A stretch of 40,742 bases of DNA, taken from sequence record SRR22947727_348; one strand, given 5' to 3'. Position numbers and translations under genes: made by a program. Positions 19,485 to 29,519 of this stretch are shown piece after piece; positions within the stretch are counted from its first letter, which is position 1, and every line of letters begins with the position of its first letter. Below the pieces are notes generated by a model. That model made no database searches, was not told the origin of the DNA, and was given only the letters and a program-made list of their open reading frames with translations.

Positions 19485-21452
19485 ATGAGCAGTCAGATGA
19501 GTGATCTATTAAACCAAGCCCAAGGCGAGGATTATAACGCCAGTTCGATCGAGGTTTTAGAAGGTTTAGAGCCCGTTCGAAAAAGGCCCGGCATGTATAT
19601 TGGCGGCACGGATGAGCGCGCTTTGCATCATCTGGTGGCCGAGGTACTCGACAATTCAATGGACGAGGCGGTCGCGGGCTATGCCAATCGCATAGATGTT
19701 GAATTACACGCGGATTATTCGATCACCATTCGGGATAATGGCCGCGGCATCCCGATTGATCCACACCCCAAATTCCCCGATAAATCAGCGCTTGAGGTGA
19801 TCTTATGCACATTGCACGCGGGCGGTAAATTCAGCGGCAAAGCCTATCAAACCTCGGGTGGTCTACACGGCGTTGGTGCATCTGTTGTGAATGCGCTTTC
19901 AGACAGGATGGTTGTGCAAGTGGCGCGCAACAAAGAACTATATGAACAAAAATTTAGCCGCGGCCTTCCCTTAGGCCCCATTCAAAAAATTGGAGCTGCG
20001 CCAAACCGGCGCGGAACCAATGTAACCTTCCACGCAGACCCAGAGATTTTTGGCAGCCTAAAATTTAAACCTGCGCGTTTGTTCAAGTCGATGCGCTCAA
20101 AGGCTTATTTGTTCAGCGGCGTTCAAATTCGATGGAAATCAGCCATTGAAGATGGCGATACGCCCACCGAAGCCAATTTTCATTTCCCCGGCGGATTGGC
20201 CGATTACCTCTCAGAAACGTTGAACGGCGCTTCAACCTATGCCGAAAACCCGTTCGCCGGAACAGTTGATTTTCAAGAGCGCTTCGGAGTTCCCGGTAAA
20301 GTAGAATGGGCCATCAATTGGACCCCATCGCGCGACGGATTCATCCAATCTTATTGTAACACAGTGCCAACACCAGAGGGCGGCACCCATGAAGCCGGTT
20401 TCTGGGCTGCGGTTTTGAAAGGCATTCGCGCCTATGGCGAATTGACCAATAACCGGAAAGCCAAAGAGATCACCCGCGAAGATCTGATCACCGGCGGCTG
20501 CGCCTTGGTCAGCTGCTTTATCCGCGAGCCCGAATTTGTTGGCCAAACCAAAGATCGCCTTGCCACCAATGAAGCCCAGCGGCTGGTTGAAAATTCAGTC
20601 CGCGATCATTTTGATAATTGGTTGGCGGCCGATACCAAATCGGCCGGTGCAATTCTGGATTTTCTGGTCTTGCGCGCCGAAGAGCGTATGCGCCGCCGGC
20701 AAGAAAAAGAAACGCAGCGCAAAACCGCCACCAAAAAACTGCGGCTACCGGGCAAGTTGGTGGATTGTTCCGCGACCAACCGGGCCGGCACCGAGCTGTT
20801 CTTGGTCGAAGGGGACAGCGCCGGCGGATCGGCCAAAATGGCCCGCGACCGCAAAACCCAAGCCCTGCTGCCATTGCGCGGTAAAATTCTGAATGTTCTG
20901 GGGGCCGCCAGCAATAAAATTGGCACAAACCAAGAGATTAACGATCTTTCCCAAGCGCTGGGGGTGGGGCTGGGCACCCGCTTTAATCTGGACGATCTGC
21001 GGTATGATAAAGTGATTATCATGACCGATGCAGATGTAGATGGAGCGCATATCGCGGCCCTATTGATGACGTTTTTCTTCACGCAAATGCGTCCGATGAT
21101 CGACAGTGGCCATCTTTATCTGGCCTGCCCGCCGCTTTACCGCCTAACGCAAGGGGCGGTGCGCGTATATTGCGAGGATGAAGTTGAACGCAATCATTGG
21201 CTTGAAAAGGGCCTTGGCGGCAAAGGCAAAATTGACGTGAGTCGCTTTAAGGGGCTTGGTGAAATGGATGCCAAAGACCTCAAAGAAACCACGATGGACC
21301 CCAAAAGCCGGAAATTGATCCGCGTCAATATTGATGAAGATGAACCTGGCGAAACGGGCAATTTGGTGGAACAATTGATGGGCAAAAAGCCTGAATTGCG
21401 ATTTCAATATATCCAAGAAAATGCAAAATTTGTAGAAGAGCTTGACGTTTAA
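19485..21452 (+). CDS. parE: DNA topoisomerase IV subunit B
   Basis: VRKRPGMYIG, EVLDNSMDE, LHAGGKF, GLHGVG, EGDSAGGSAK, PLRGKILN, MTDADVDG and RFKGLGEM. At about 655 aa it lacks the proteobacterial GyrB insert. The start may be 19497. Confidence 0.95.
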   Translation: MSSQMSDLLNQAQGEDYNASSIEVLEGLEPVRKRPGMYIGGTDERALHHLVAEVLDNSMDEAVAGYANRIDVELHADYSITIRDNGRGIPIDPHPKFPDKSALEVILCTLHAGGKFSGKAYQTSGGLHGVGASVVNALSDRMVVQVARNKELYEQKFSRGLPLGPIQKIGAAPNRRGTNVTFHADPEIFGSLKFKPARLFKSMRSKAYLFSGVQIRWKSAIEDGDTPTEANFHFPGGLADYLSETLNGASTYAENPFAGTVDFQERFGVPGKVEWAINWTPSRDGFIQSYCNTVPTPEGGTHEAGFWAAVLKGIRAYGELTNNRKAKEITREDLITGGCALVSCFIREPEFVGQTKDRLATNEAQRLVENSVRDHFDNWLAADTKSAGAILDFLVLRAEERMRRRQEKETQRKTATKKLRLPGKLVDCSATNRAGTELFLVEGDSAGGSAKMARDRKTQALLPLRGKILNVLGAASNKIGTNQEINDLSQALGVGLGTRFNLDDLRYDKVIIMTDADVDGAHIAALLMTFFFTQMRPMIDSGHLYLACPPLYRLTQGAVRVYCEDEVERNHWLEKGLGGKGKIDVSRFKGLGEMDAKDLKETTMDPKSRKLIRVNIDEDEPGETGNLVEQLMGKKPELRFQYIQENAKFVEELDV

Positions 21453-21542
21453 CGACAGGATCCCCTCGGGCCAATCATAACAGCCCAAGCGCATCCAATT
21501 GTTCAAGTTCCAAACGCAAAGCAGCCAGCGTCACGTTGCCGG

Positions 21543-21968
21543 TCAGAGCAATTCTTTTGCATGGCGCAAAAAGAGTGCAAACGCCTCGCTGGCAGAGACG
21601 TTTTCCAAAGCCCCATCCGCGATTTCTTCGCGGCTCCACATCCAGCTACGCACTGGGTCATCGCGCATCGCCCAATCAGGAAAAAGCCGCGCTTGCGCTC
21701 CACCTTCGGCCAAAACCGTGATCTCAACATGCCGATCATCGCGGCGGATATTTTGATAAATACGATCAATTTCAGAAGCAGGGCCCTCTAAAAACTGTAA
21801 ATATAAGTCTGATCGGCAAATCAGCGCGCCAGTGATTTGAAACCGTTGATTATTGGTTTTGGCGGTCACCAAGATTCCGTTTAAAACGCTTTGATCAAAG
21901 CCAAATGGCTTTGATGCATAAATCAAATACTTCAGGTTTTGCTGGGTTTTATCGCGCGCCAAAAACAA
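21543..21968 (-). CDS. Stand-alone BLUF-domain blue-light photoreceptor
   Basis: LIYAS (Tyr), NN..ITGAL, YLQFLEG (Gln), DDRH and RLFPDWAM (Trp/Met). Start codon uncertain. Confidence 0.92.
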   Translation of the reverse strand: MFLARDKTQQNLKYLIYASKPFGFDQSVLNGILVTAKTNNQRFQITGALICRSDLYLQFLEGPASEIDRIYQNIRRDDRHVEITVLAEGGAQARLFPDWAMRDDPVRSWMWSREEIADGALENVSASEAFALFLRHAKELL

Positions 21969-22079
21969 TCGCCTTTGTTATTTCTTAGAAGCTATCTGTA
22001 AAAGCCATGAAATCCAAACCAAAAGGAACCCCTAAAAAAGGCCAAGGGCATTCCCCATCCGTGCGGATCACAAAAACAG

Positions 22080-23060
22080 CTAACCTGCGGCCAATCCAAG
22101 GCTCAAAGCCCAGAGTGCCTCGGGAATATCGACCGTCTGGTTTGGCTTTTTATTCTGCCCGGGCAAGCGCGTTCCCGGCTCTTGGGCCACAATCTCGGCC
22201 AACGCCTCTAGCCGTTCGGAAAACGCATGGCCTTGGCCCGGATCAATCACAATATAATATTGACCCAAATCATGCGGCGCGCCATCGGCAGCCTTAAGCG
22301 GCTTTACATCGCGCGACAAAATCCCGCCTGCCATGCCAGCGGCCAATAATTCGCCCATTACGCCAAAGCCCCAGCCCTTATAGCCGCCAATAGACACCAA
22401 AGATCCCGCTAATGCGGCATCCGGATCCGTTGTCGGATGCCCGTCGCTATCCAAGGCCCAACCCAATGGAATTTTTTCACCCGCCGCCTTTGCCATGGTG
22501 ATCTTGCCCAAAGCCACAACCGTGGTTGATTGGTCAAATTGCAGGGCCACACCGCCTTGGCCATCGGGCACAGAAAACGCAATTGGGTTGGTGCCAACGG
22601 TGCGGGCCTTACCGCCGGGGGGGGCGACGATGGGCGAGGCATTTGTAAACCCAAGACCAATCATCCCATGCTCGGCAATTTGCTGGGTAAAATAGCCCAA
22701 AGACGTACATGTATGCGCATGACCTATCCCCAAGCTGACCACGCCGTTTTGCCTCGCTGCCGCAAGCGCCGCGGGCAATCCGGCTGCAAAAGCAGGCTGC
22801 GCAAAGCCGAATTTCGCATCCACATGCACCACGCTGGGTTTTGGCTGGCTAACCGCGGGGGTCACATCGCCGCGCACGCGGCCGCTTTGTAGCTGGACGC
22901 AATAGCTTTCAAGATAATAGAGGCCACATATACGGTTGCCCACGCTTTCCGCTTGCGCCACAGCGCGCGCAACATGCAGCGCAATCGATTCATCCGCCCC
23001 ATGTTTGATCAAGGCAGTTTTGGCCGTGGTTGCAATGTCATCAATCGATATTTTTGGCAT
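22080..23060 (-). CDS. Ldh_2 family (type 2 malate/L-lactate/sulfolactate) oxidoreductase
   Basis: VDAKFGFAQ, GTNPIAF, IPLGWALD..PTTDP, GGYKGWG and RLPG. Confidence 0.9.
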   Translation of the reverse strand: MPKISIDDIATTAKTALIKHGADESIALHVARAVAQAESVGNRICGLYYLESYCVQLQSGRVRGDVTPAVSQPKPSVVHVDAKFGFAQPAFAAGLPAALAAARQNGVVSLGIGHAHTCTSLGYFTQQIAEHGMIGLGFTNASPIVAPPGGKARTVGTNPIAFSVPDGQGGVALQFDQSTTVVALGKITMAKAAGEKIPLGWALDSDGHPTTDPDAALAGSLVSIGGYKGWGFGVMGELLAAGMAGGILSRDVKPLKAADGAPHDLGQYYIVIDPGQGHAFSERLEALAEIVAQEPGTRLPGQNKKPNQTVDIPEALWALSLGLAAG

Positions 23061-23093
23061 AAAGCCTCCTAGTCTTTTAAAGCTGAGATTGCG

Positions 23094-23810
23094 TTATGGT
23101 GACTGCGCAATAAGGTCCAGCGTTTCTGAAAGCGGCCGCCGCAGATTAAACCCCTGTTGAAGCAGCTTTTGATGATATTCTCTTCGAATCCAATCTTCAA
23201 AATCAATAGGATGCTGTTCAACCCGCGCTTCATAAACCGCCAAAATGTAATCAAGCACACCGGTGGCTGTGAAATCCAGGTGAATATAACGTAACCCCAG
23301 CTGCTTTTTCGCATCTGCAACCGGGCGCCCCTCGCAGACCATCAAATACATTGCCGCCGTAAACCCGGCGCGATCTGCACCAGATTTACAATGAAATAAA
23401 AGCGGTTTGGGCAGCGTTTTAAACGCGTCAATGGTAGCCAGAATCGCCTCGCGCGCGGGTGCATCACGCGCCCAAAGCTTTCGAGAGACCAATGTCAGGT
23501 CCAATTTCTCACAGGCCCATAATTCATAAAGAAAATGGGCATAACTATCTTCACCGCGCAGGTTTAAAACAGATTTACCACCCATTTTCTTGAAGTCTTC
23601 CAAACGTCGTTCAGTGGGTTGATTGGATCGGTAAACACCGGGTGCAACTTCAAAAAAATTGGTCCAAAACGTACGCAATATGGCATGGTCAAACCAATAG
23701 TAATCAACCCGCGCCCAAAAGTTATCCTGCGTTGGAGATAAATTGGCCGCATAGGCGAGGCGCAACCGCTGATGCGAGGCTTTCAGCCGCTGAGCAATCT
23801 TTTTCAGCAT
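23094..23810 (-). CDS. Protein tyrosine/dual-specificity phosphatase family protein
   Basis: P-loop HCKSGADRAG, YRSNQP and VLNLRG. Confidence 0.88.
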   Translation of the reverse strand: MLKKIAQRLKASHQRLRLAYAANLSPTQDNFWARVDYYWFDHAILRTFWTNFFEVAPGVYRSNQPTERRLEDFKKMGGKSVLNLRGEDSYAHFLYELWACEKLDLTLVSRKLWARDAPAREAILATIDAFKTLPKPLLFHCKSGADRAGFTAAMYLMVCEGRPVADAKKQLGLRYIHLDFTATGVLDYILAVYEARVEQHPIDFEDWIRREYHQKLLQQGFNLRRPLSETLDLIAQSP

Positions 23811-23924
23811 TAAGGTCCCTTTTCACGTAAGTTGCCGAGGTGTAGATCGTCTGCGCCAAAGTGACAAGTCAAACCATGGATTGACCTTATCCGTCAAACA
23901 ATTACCTATGAAGAAAATGATGAG

Positions 23925-25136
23925 ATGAAACCAATGACATTATCCCAAGGCCGCGGCTATCTTGCAATTCCAGGGCCCTCCGTGATCCCCAATGCGGTGC
24001 TTCAAGCGATGCATCAAGCCGCGCCTAATATTTACGAAGGACCTCTAATCGATCTGACAAAAAGCATTGTTGAGGATCTGAAATGGGCGGCCTGCAGCAC
24101 CCAGCATGTGGCGATTTATATTGCCAATGGCCATGGCGCATGGGAGGCGGCTTTGGCCAATATCGCCGAGCCTGGGGATAAGGTGCTGGTGGCGGCAACG
24201 GGCCGTTTCGGGCATGGTTGGGCCGAGATGGCGCGCCGCATGGGAATTGGCGTAGAGTTGATCGATTTCGGAATGCAAAGCATGGCAGAGCCGGCCCAAA
24301 TTGCGCAGGCTCTCAAAGACGATCGCGACCGGCAGATCAAAGCCGTGTTGATCTGCCATGTCGATACTTCAACTTCCGTGCGCAATGATATTTTGCAGAT
24401 ACGACAAGCGATGGATGCGGTAGACCACCCTGCCCTATTGGCGGTGGATTGTATCGCGTCTTTGGCCTGTGATAGATTTGAATTTGATGCTTGGGGCGTT
24501 GATGTGATGGTGGCGGGCTGCCAAAAAGGATTGATGGTGCCGCCGGGCCTGTCTTTCGTGTTTTTCAGCGATCAAGCCGCAAAACGTCAAAAGGCTTTGC
24601 GCCAAGTCAGTTCTTATTGGGATTGGGCACCGCGCGTTGCCCCGCAATTATTCTACGAATATTTCTGCGGCACAGCGCCCACCCATCATCTATTCGGATT
24701 GCGCATCGCGCTTGATATGTTGAAAGCTGAAGGTCTGCCGCATATTTGGGCGCGCCATGAAACCTTGGCGCAAGCGATTTGGAGCGCGGTTGATATTTGG
24801 GGGCAAGCGGGGGGAACGATGGCCCTGAATATCGCAGATCCCGCGCAGCGCAGCCATGCTGTCACGGCCATGCATCTGGGGGTGCCCGCCACGCAAAATC
24901 TTCGGCAATGGCTTGAACAAAGCGCAGGGGTTACGGTGGGCATCGGTTTGGGCATGTCAACGCCCACGGATCCAGACGGAAAGGGGTTTTTCCGCTTTGG
25001 CCATATGGGCCATGTCAATGCACAAATGATTATGGCGCTCTTGGGCAGCGTTGAAGCAGGGTTATGCGCCCTGTCTCTGCCGCATGGGTCAGGGGCGCTA
25101 GAGGCTGCTGCCCGGGTGATTGGCTCAGCCCGCTGA
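23925..25136 (+). CDS. Class V aminotransferase (serine/alanine-glyoxylate aminotransferase-like)
   Basis: IPGPS, HVDTSTSV, VDCIAS, CQKGLMVPPG and FRFGHMG. Confidence 0.92.
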   Translation: MKPMTLSQGRGYLAIPGPSVIPNAVLQAMHQAAPNIYEGPLIDLTKSIVEDLKWAACSTQHVAIYIANGHGAWEAALANIAEPGDKVLVAATGRFGHGWAEMARRMGIGVELIDFGMQSMAEPAQIAQALKDDRDRQIKAVLICHVDTSTSVRNDILQIRQAMDAVDHPALLAVDCIASLACDRFEFDAWGVDVMVAGCQKGLMVPPGLSFVFFSDQAAKRQKALRQVSSYWDWAPRVAPQLFYEYFCGTAPTHHLFGLRIALDMLKAEGLPHIWARHETLAQAIWSAVDIWGQAGGTMALNIADPAQRSHAVTAMHLGVPATQNLRQWLEQSAGVTVGIGLGMSTPTDPDGKGFFRFGHMGHVNAQMIMALLGSVEAGLCALSLPHGSGALEAAARVIGSAR

Positions 25137-26237
25137 AGCAGCGGCGGCCAAGGCTTTAGGCAGCGCGCGGCGCAGCAAATCCATATCTTCTGACCGGCCT
25201 GCACTAACGCGAATGCAACGGTTTTGCGGGGCGACAAATGGCATGCGCACGAACAAGCCGGCCTGCACCAAATGCGCCAAAACAGCCTGGGCAAACACCC
25301 CGTCGCGCCCGCAATCAATGGCCATGAAATTGGTGGCTGATTCAACGGTGCTCAGCCCATTTTCGTCGGCAATACGCGCAATTTCTTGTTTCGACGCCTC
25401 GACTTTGTCGCGTACAGAAAGCAGCCAAGCCTGATCGTTCAACGCCGCCTCGGCGGCGCTTTGCGCCGCGCGGTTCATGCCAAAATGATTGCGGATTTTT
25501 TCAAATTGACCAATCAAGTCTTGCGCACCAAGCGCATAGCCGACCCGTGCGCCCGCCAAACCATAGCCTTTTGAAAAGGTGCGCATGCGGATGATACGCG
25601 GATCGTCTATCGCGACCTGCACCGCCGTACCATCAGGAGCAAACTCGATATACGCTTCATCCAAGATCAGCAATGTTTCCATCGGAAGGCGGGCCAAACA
25701 TTCCATAATGAAAGCGCCGCTATGCCATGTGCCCATCGGATTGTCCGGATTGGCAAAATACACCAATTTAGCCCCAACGCGGCCAGCTTCTTCCAACAAC
25801 GCCGGCAGATCTTCAGCATCCTCTTTATAAGGCACTTTATGCAAAACCCCGCCGAACCCGCTGACGTGGTAATTAAAAGTTGGATAAGCACCATCCGAGG
25901 TCACCGCAGCATCACCCGGGCCGATCACCATACGCGCTAGATAACCCAAAAGCCCATCTATCCCTTCACCCACCACAATATTCTCAGGGCTGACTTTATG
26001 ATGGCGCGCCAAAGCCCGCCGCAATTCAAAACTGGTCGGATCTCCATATTTCCAAATCTCGGCACTCGCGCTTTGCAGCGCGGCTATGGCCTTCGGAGAT
26101 GGGCCAAACACGCTTTCATTGGCGCCAAGGCGCGCATCGAACGCACTTCCACGCGCACGTTCTTGGGTTTCGGGGCCAACGAAAGGAACGCTTGCCGGCA
26201 ATTGCGATAGCAGGGGGGTGAAACGCGCATGGGTCAT
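25125..26237 (-). CDS. Histidinol-phosphate aminotransferase-like class II PLP enzyme
   Basis: LGANES, NPDNPMG, LDEAYIEF and RTFSKGYGLAGARVGY. Confidence 0.88.
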   Translation of the reverse strand: MTHARFTPLLSQLPASVPFVGPETQERARGSAFDARLGANESVFGPSPKAIAALQSASAEIWKYGDPTSFELRRALARHHKVSPENIVVGEGIDGLLGYLARMVIGPGDAAVTSDGAYPTFNYHVSGFGGVLHKVPYKEDAEDLPALLEEAGRVGAKLVYFANPDNPMGTWHSGAFIMECLARLPMETLLILDEAYIEFAPDGTAVQVAIDDPRIIRMRTFSKGYGLAGARVGYALGAQDLIGQFEKIRNHFGMNRAAQSAAEAALNDQAWLLSVRDKVEASKQEIARIADENGLSTVESATNFMAIDCGRDGVFAQAVLAHLVQAGLFVRMPFVAPQNRCIRVSAGRSEDMDLLRRALPKALAAAASAG

Positions 26238-26407
26238 GCGGGCAGTTTAGGAATATTTTGTCCCAAGCATCAAGAGCACAATGACCCGCCACACCGCAAA
26301 ATTAGATTTTCTGCGCCAGTGATATATTTTTTTGCGAAAGCAGTAGCAAAGGTTTGTGATCTTTTGCTAAGCCGTGTACTGCTGAGGAAACCAAAAAAGA
26401 GGCTTAA

Positions 26408-27694
26408 GTGTCACGCAACCCCGCCCCGTTTGCCGCTTTTGAATGGATGATCGCTTGGCGCTTTTTGCGCGCGCGCCGCGCCGAGGGCGGTGTAAGCGTG
26501 ATGACTTGGATCAGCCTGATCGGTATCACGCTAGCCGTATTTGCGCTGATCGCCACATTGGCGGTGCGCTCCGGCTTTCGCAGCGAGCTGGTCGATACTA
26601 TTTTGGGCGCCAATGCCCATATCACGGTGTATCAGCTTCCCATTGCCAATGAAGCGGGCCCGTTGGACCGTAAAATTTACGACTATCAAGACATGGCCGA
26701 TCGATTGCGCGCGCTTGCAAGCGTGTCGCGCGCCGCGCCATTGGTCAAAGGCCAAGTGATGGCAAGCTTTGGCGGCAAGAACACCGGTGTTCAAGTGTTT
26801 GGCTTATCCCCAAAGGATCTGAACACCTTGCCCCGCATCGCGGCCCCCGAAAACTTTCAAGGCACGATAGAAGATTTTGACCGCGGCATCGCGATTGGAT
26901 CAGGCGTCGCGCGGCTTTTAAACGCCCGCTTGGGCGATAGCGTAAAGCTTATTTCGCCCGATGGTGTCAAAACGGCCTTTGGAACCAGCCCGCGGGTCAA
27001 AAGCTATCCGATCACCTATATCTTCACGGCAGGACGCTATGATATTGATAAGACGCGCCTTTATATGCCGTTTTCAGAGGCTCAAGCCTATTTCAATACG
27101 GAAGGCGCGGCAGATGAAATCGAGGTGATGGTCACAAATCCAGAACAGATAGAAGCCTTGATCCCCGATTTGTTGCACGCCGCAGGCCCCCGCGCGCAGC
27201 TTTGGAGCTGGAAGGAGGCATCGGGCAATTTCCTGCGCGCCTTGCAAATTGAAGATAATGTGATGTTCATTATTATGTCGATCTTGGTGTTGATTGCAGC
27301 AATGAATATTATCTCTGGCCTTGTGATGCTGGTAAAAAACAAAGGTCGTGATATCGGAATATTGCGTACGATGGGGCTGAGTGAAGGGGCGATCATGCGC
27401 ATCTTCTTCATTTGCGGCGCCGGAACCGGGTTGATCGGTACGGGCTTTGGCGTGATTTTAGGATGCCTGTTTGCGATCTATATCGACACGATTTTTTCTC
27501 TGGTCAACTATCTGGCTGGCGGCGGCGTTTGGGATCCAAGCATCCGCGGCCTTTACACAATCCCCGCGGAATTATACCTGTCGGATGTTTTATCGGCCAT
27601 CGGGCTTTCTTTGGGCCTTAGCTTTTGCATCACCCTGTTTCCCGCCCGCAGAGCGGCGCGTTTAAACCCTGTGGAAGCGCTTCGCTATGAGTGA
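26408..27694 (+). CDS. lolE: Lipoprotein-releasing ABC transporter permease (LolC/E family)
   Basis: [38 protein letters not shown] and [20 protein letters not shown] start. Confidence 0.93.
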   Translation: MSRNPAPFAAFEWMIAWRFLRARRAEGGVSVMTWISLIGITLAVFALIATLAVRSGFRSELVDTILGANAHITVYQLPIANEAGPLDRKIYDYQDMADRLRALASVSRAAPLVKGQVMASFGGKNTGVQVFGLSPKDLNTLPRIAAPENFQGTIEDFDRGIAIGSGVARLLNARLGDSVKLISPDGVKTAFGTSPRVKSYPITYIFTAGRYDIDKTRLYMPFSEAQAYFNTEGAADEIEVMVTNPEQIEALIPDLLHAAGPRAQLWSWKEASGNFLRALQIEDNVMFIIMSILVLIAAMNIISGLVMLVKNKGRDIGILRTMGLSEGAIMRIFFICGAGTGLIGTGFGVILGCLFAIYIDTIFSLVNYLAGGGVWDPSIRGLYTIPAELYLSDVLSAIGLSLGLSFCITLFPARRAARLNPVEALRYE

Positions 27695-28367
27695 TGCAAT
27701 ATTGGAATTAAAGGATTTGAAGAAATCCTATAACCAAAATAAATCCAATCAGATTGACGTGCTTTTGGGGGCCAATCTGCTGCTAAAAAAGGGCGAAGTT
27801 GTGGCGCTGACCGCACCTTCAGGGGCGGGAAAATCCACATTACTGCATATCGCAGGGCTTTTGGATCAAGCCGATACTGGGGATGTGCTGGTGGCGGGGC
27901 AAAATCTGGCGGGCGTATCGGATCGCCGCCGCACGATCATTCGCCGCCGCGATATTGGATTTATTTATCAATTCCACCATTTGCTGCCTGAATTTTCCGC
28001 AGCCGAGAATATTATGTTGCCACAAATGGCGGATGGACAACGAAAATCTGCGGCCAAAACCCGCGCTTTGCACTTATTAGAGGCCGTAGGATTGCTAAAC
28101 CGCGCCCAACATCGGCCCGCCGAATTGTCAGGGGGCGAGCAACAGCGCGTTGCGTTTTGCCGAGCTTTGGCAAATAACCCAAAATTGTTATTGGCCGATG
28201 AGCCAACCGGAAATCTGGATCAAGCCACATCTGAGCAAGTATTTGACGCATTATTAAGCATCGTGCGCCAAACCGGGCTATCAGCGTTGATCGCAACGCA
28301 TAACCCAGCGCTGGCATCGCGCATGGATCGCACCATCACTTTGGAACAGGGGCGGTTGCGGGGCTAA
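27687..28367 (+). CDS. lolD: Lipoprotein-releasing ABC transporter ATPase
   Basis: [37 protein letters not shown] and ATHN. Confidence 0.95.
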   Translation: MSDAILELKDLKKSYNQNKSNQIDVLLGANLLLKKGEVVALTAPSGAGKSTLLHIAGLLDQADTGDVLVAGQNLAGVSDRRRTIIRRRDIGFIYQFHHLLPEFSAAENIMLPQMADGQRKSAAKTRALHLLEAVGLLNRAQHRPAELSGGEQQRVAFCRALANNPKLLLADEPTGNLDQATSEQVFDALLSIVRQTGLSALIATHNPALASRMDRTITLEQGRLRG

Positions 28368-28617
28368 AACTGATGGCGCTAAGCCTTACTCCCCTTCATA
28401 ATTAGTATCGAATTAATGCGATACCAGAAAAAGTAGATGTGGCCGGCTTGTTGTCATGGATATGTTTTAAACGGTGTTCAAAAAAACAGTTATGCCTGTG
28501 CCGCTAAAAACAACATGAAGTCAATCAGGGCTCTTTTACGCCCGGTAACATCAGGCAAAACCCGGTTTCGCTTTCCGGCGCGGCGCCTTATATTGCAACC
28601 AATTTGGAGGCCCTACC

Positions 28618-29385
28618 ATGCTAGCAGAAAAACACCTCAATGCGCGTTGCATTATTCGGATTTCGGGAAAAGACAATCGCAGCTTCTTGCAGGGATTGAT
28701 CACCAATGACATCCATAAAACCGACCACGGCCTGGTCTATGCGGCATTGCTCAGCGCCCAAGGGAAATTTCAATATGATTTCTTTCTATTCGCGGATGGC
28801 GAAGATGTGATGATGGATATTGATGAAGAGATGGCGGGCGCGTTGCAAAAAAAGTTGATGCTATACCGCTTACGCGCTGACGTTCACCTTGAGAAAACAG
28901 ATTTGAGCGTGGTGCGTGGCGTGGAGAGGGCGCCTGAGGGCGCGCTGCAAGACCCGCGCCATCCCAAGATGGGCTGGCGGCTTTACGGTCAAGACTTGCC
29001 CCCAGAAATGCCATTTGATTGGCAGGCCCATCGCATTCGGTTGGGCATTCCCCAAGCCCCCAGCGAATTAACAACCGATAGCTATATTTTAGAAATGGGG
29101 TTCGAACAGATGAACGGCGTTGATTTCAAAAAGGGCTGTTATGTCGGACAAGAAATCATCGCAAGAATGAAGCATAAAACCCAATTGCGCAAAGGATTGC
29201 GCCGCGTCACCTGCGCCGAAACGGTTGCACCTCACACCCCAATTCTTTCCAAAGGCAAAGAGGTCGGGTTTATCGGAGCCCAAAGCGGCACTGAGGCCTT
29301 AGCCTATCTACGCTTTGACCGCATCAGCGATGAAATGACCGCAGCCGGCGTGCCCGTCATGGTTTTAGATCGCTCAGAGGAGTGA
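28618..29385 (+). CDS. ygfZ: Folate-binding Fe-S repair protein YgfZ
   Basis: FLQGLITND and the signature KGCYVGQE; GGAGG RBS. Confidence 0.93.
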   Translation: MLAEKHLNARCIIRISGKDNRSFLQGLITNDIHKTDHGLVYAALLSAQGKFQYDFFLFADGEDVMMDIDEEMAGALQKKLMLYRLRADVHLEKTDLSVVRGVERAPEGALQDPRHPKMGWRLYGQDLPPEMPFDWQAHRIRLGIPQAPSELTTDSYILEMGFEQMNGVDFKKGCYVGQEIIARMKHKTQLRKGLRRVTCAETVAPHTPILSKGKEVGFIGAQSGTEALAYLRFDRISDEMTAAGVPVMVLDRSEE

Positions 29386-29519
29386 AGATTTAGTGTTTTC
29401 TACACATCTCAATTTCCATCTGCGCGACCGCCCGATGTGCTGGCGCCCGCGTCACAAGCCTCTATCCGAACAGATGCAGCCGCTACCTCCAGATCACCTG
29501 AAGAGATAGGCTGTATATC

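Noticed and set aside
24686..25345. 219-aa minus-strand ORF and the many other nested ORFs in the track
   Set aside because: They lie inside well-supported genes in other frames and show no family motifs.
28437..28709. 90-aa ORF upstream of ygfZ
   Set aside because: It overlaps ygfZ out of frame and has no RBS or motif.
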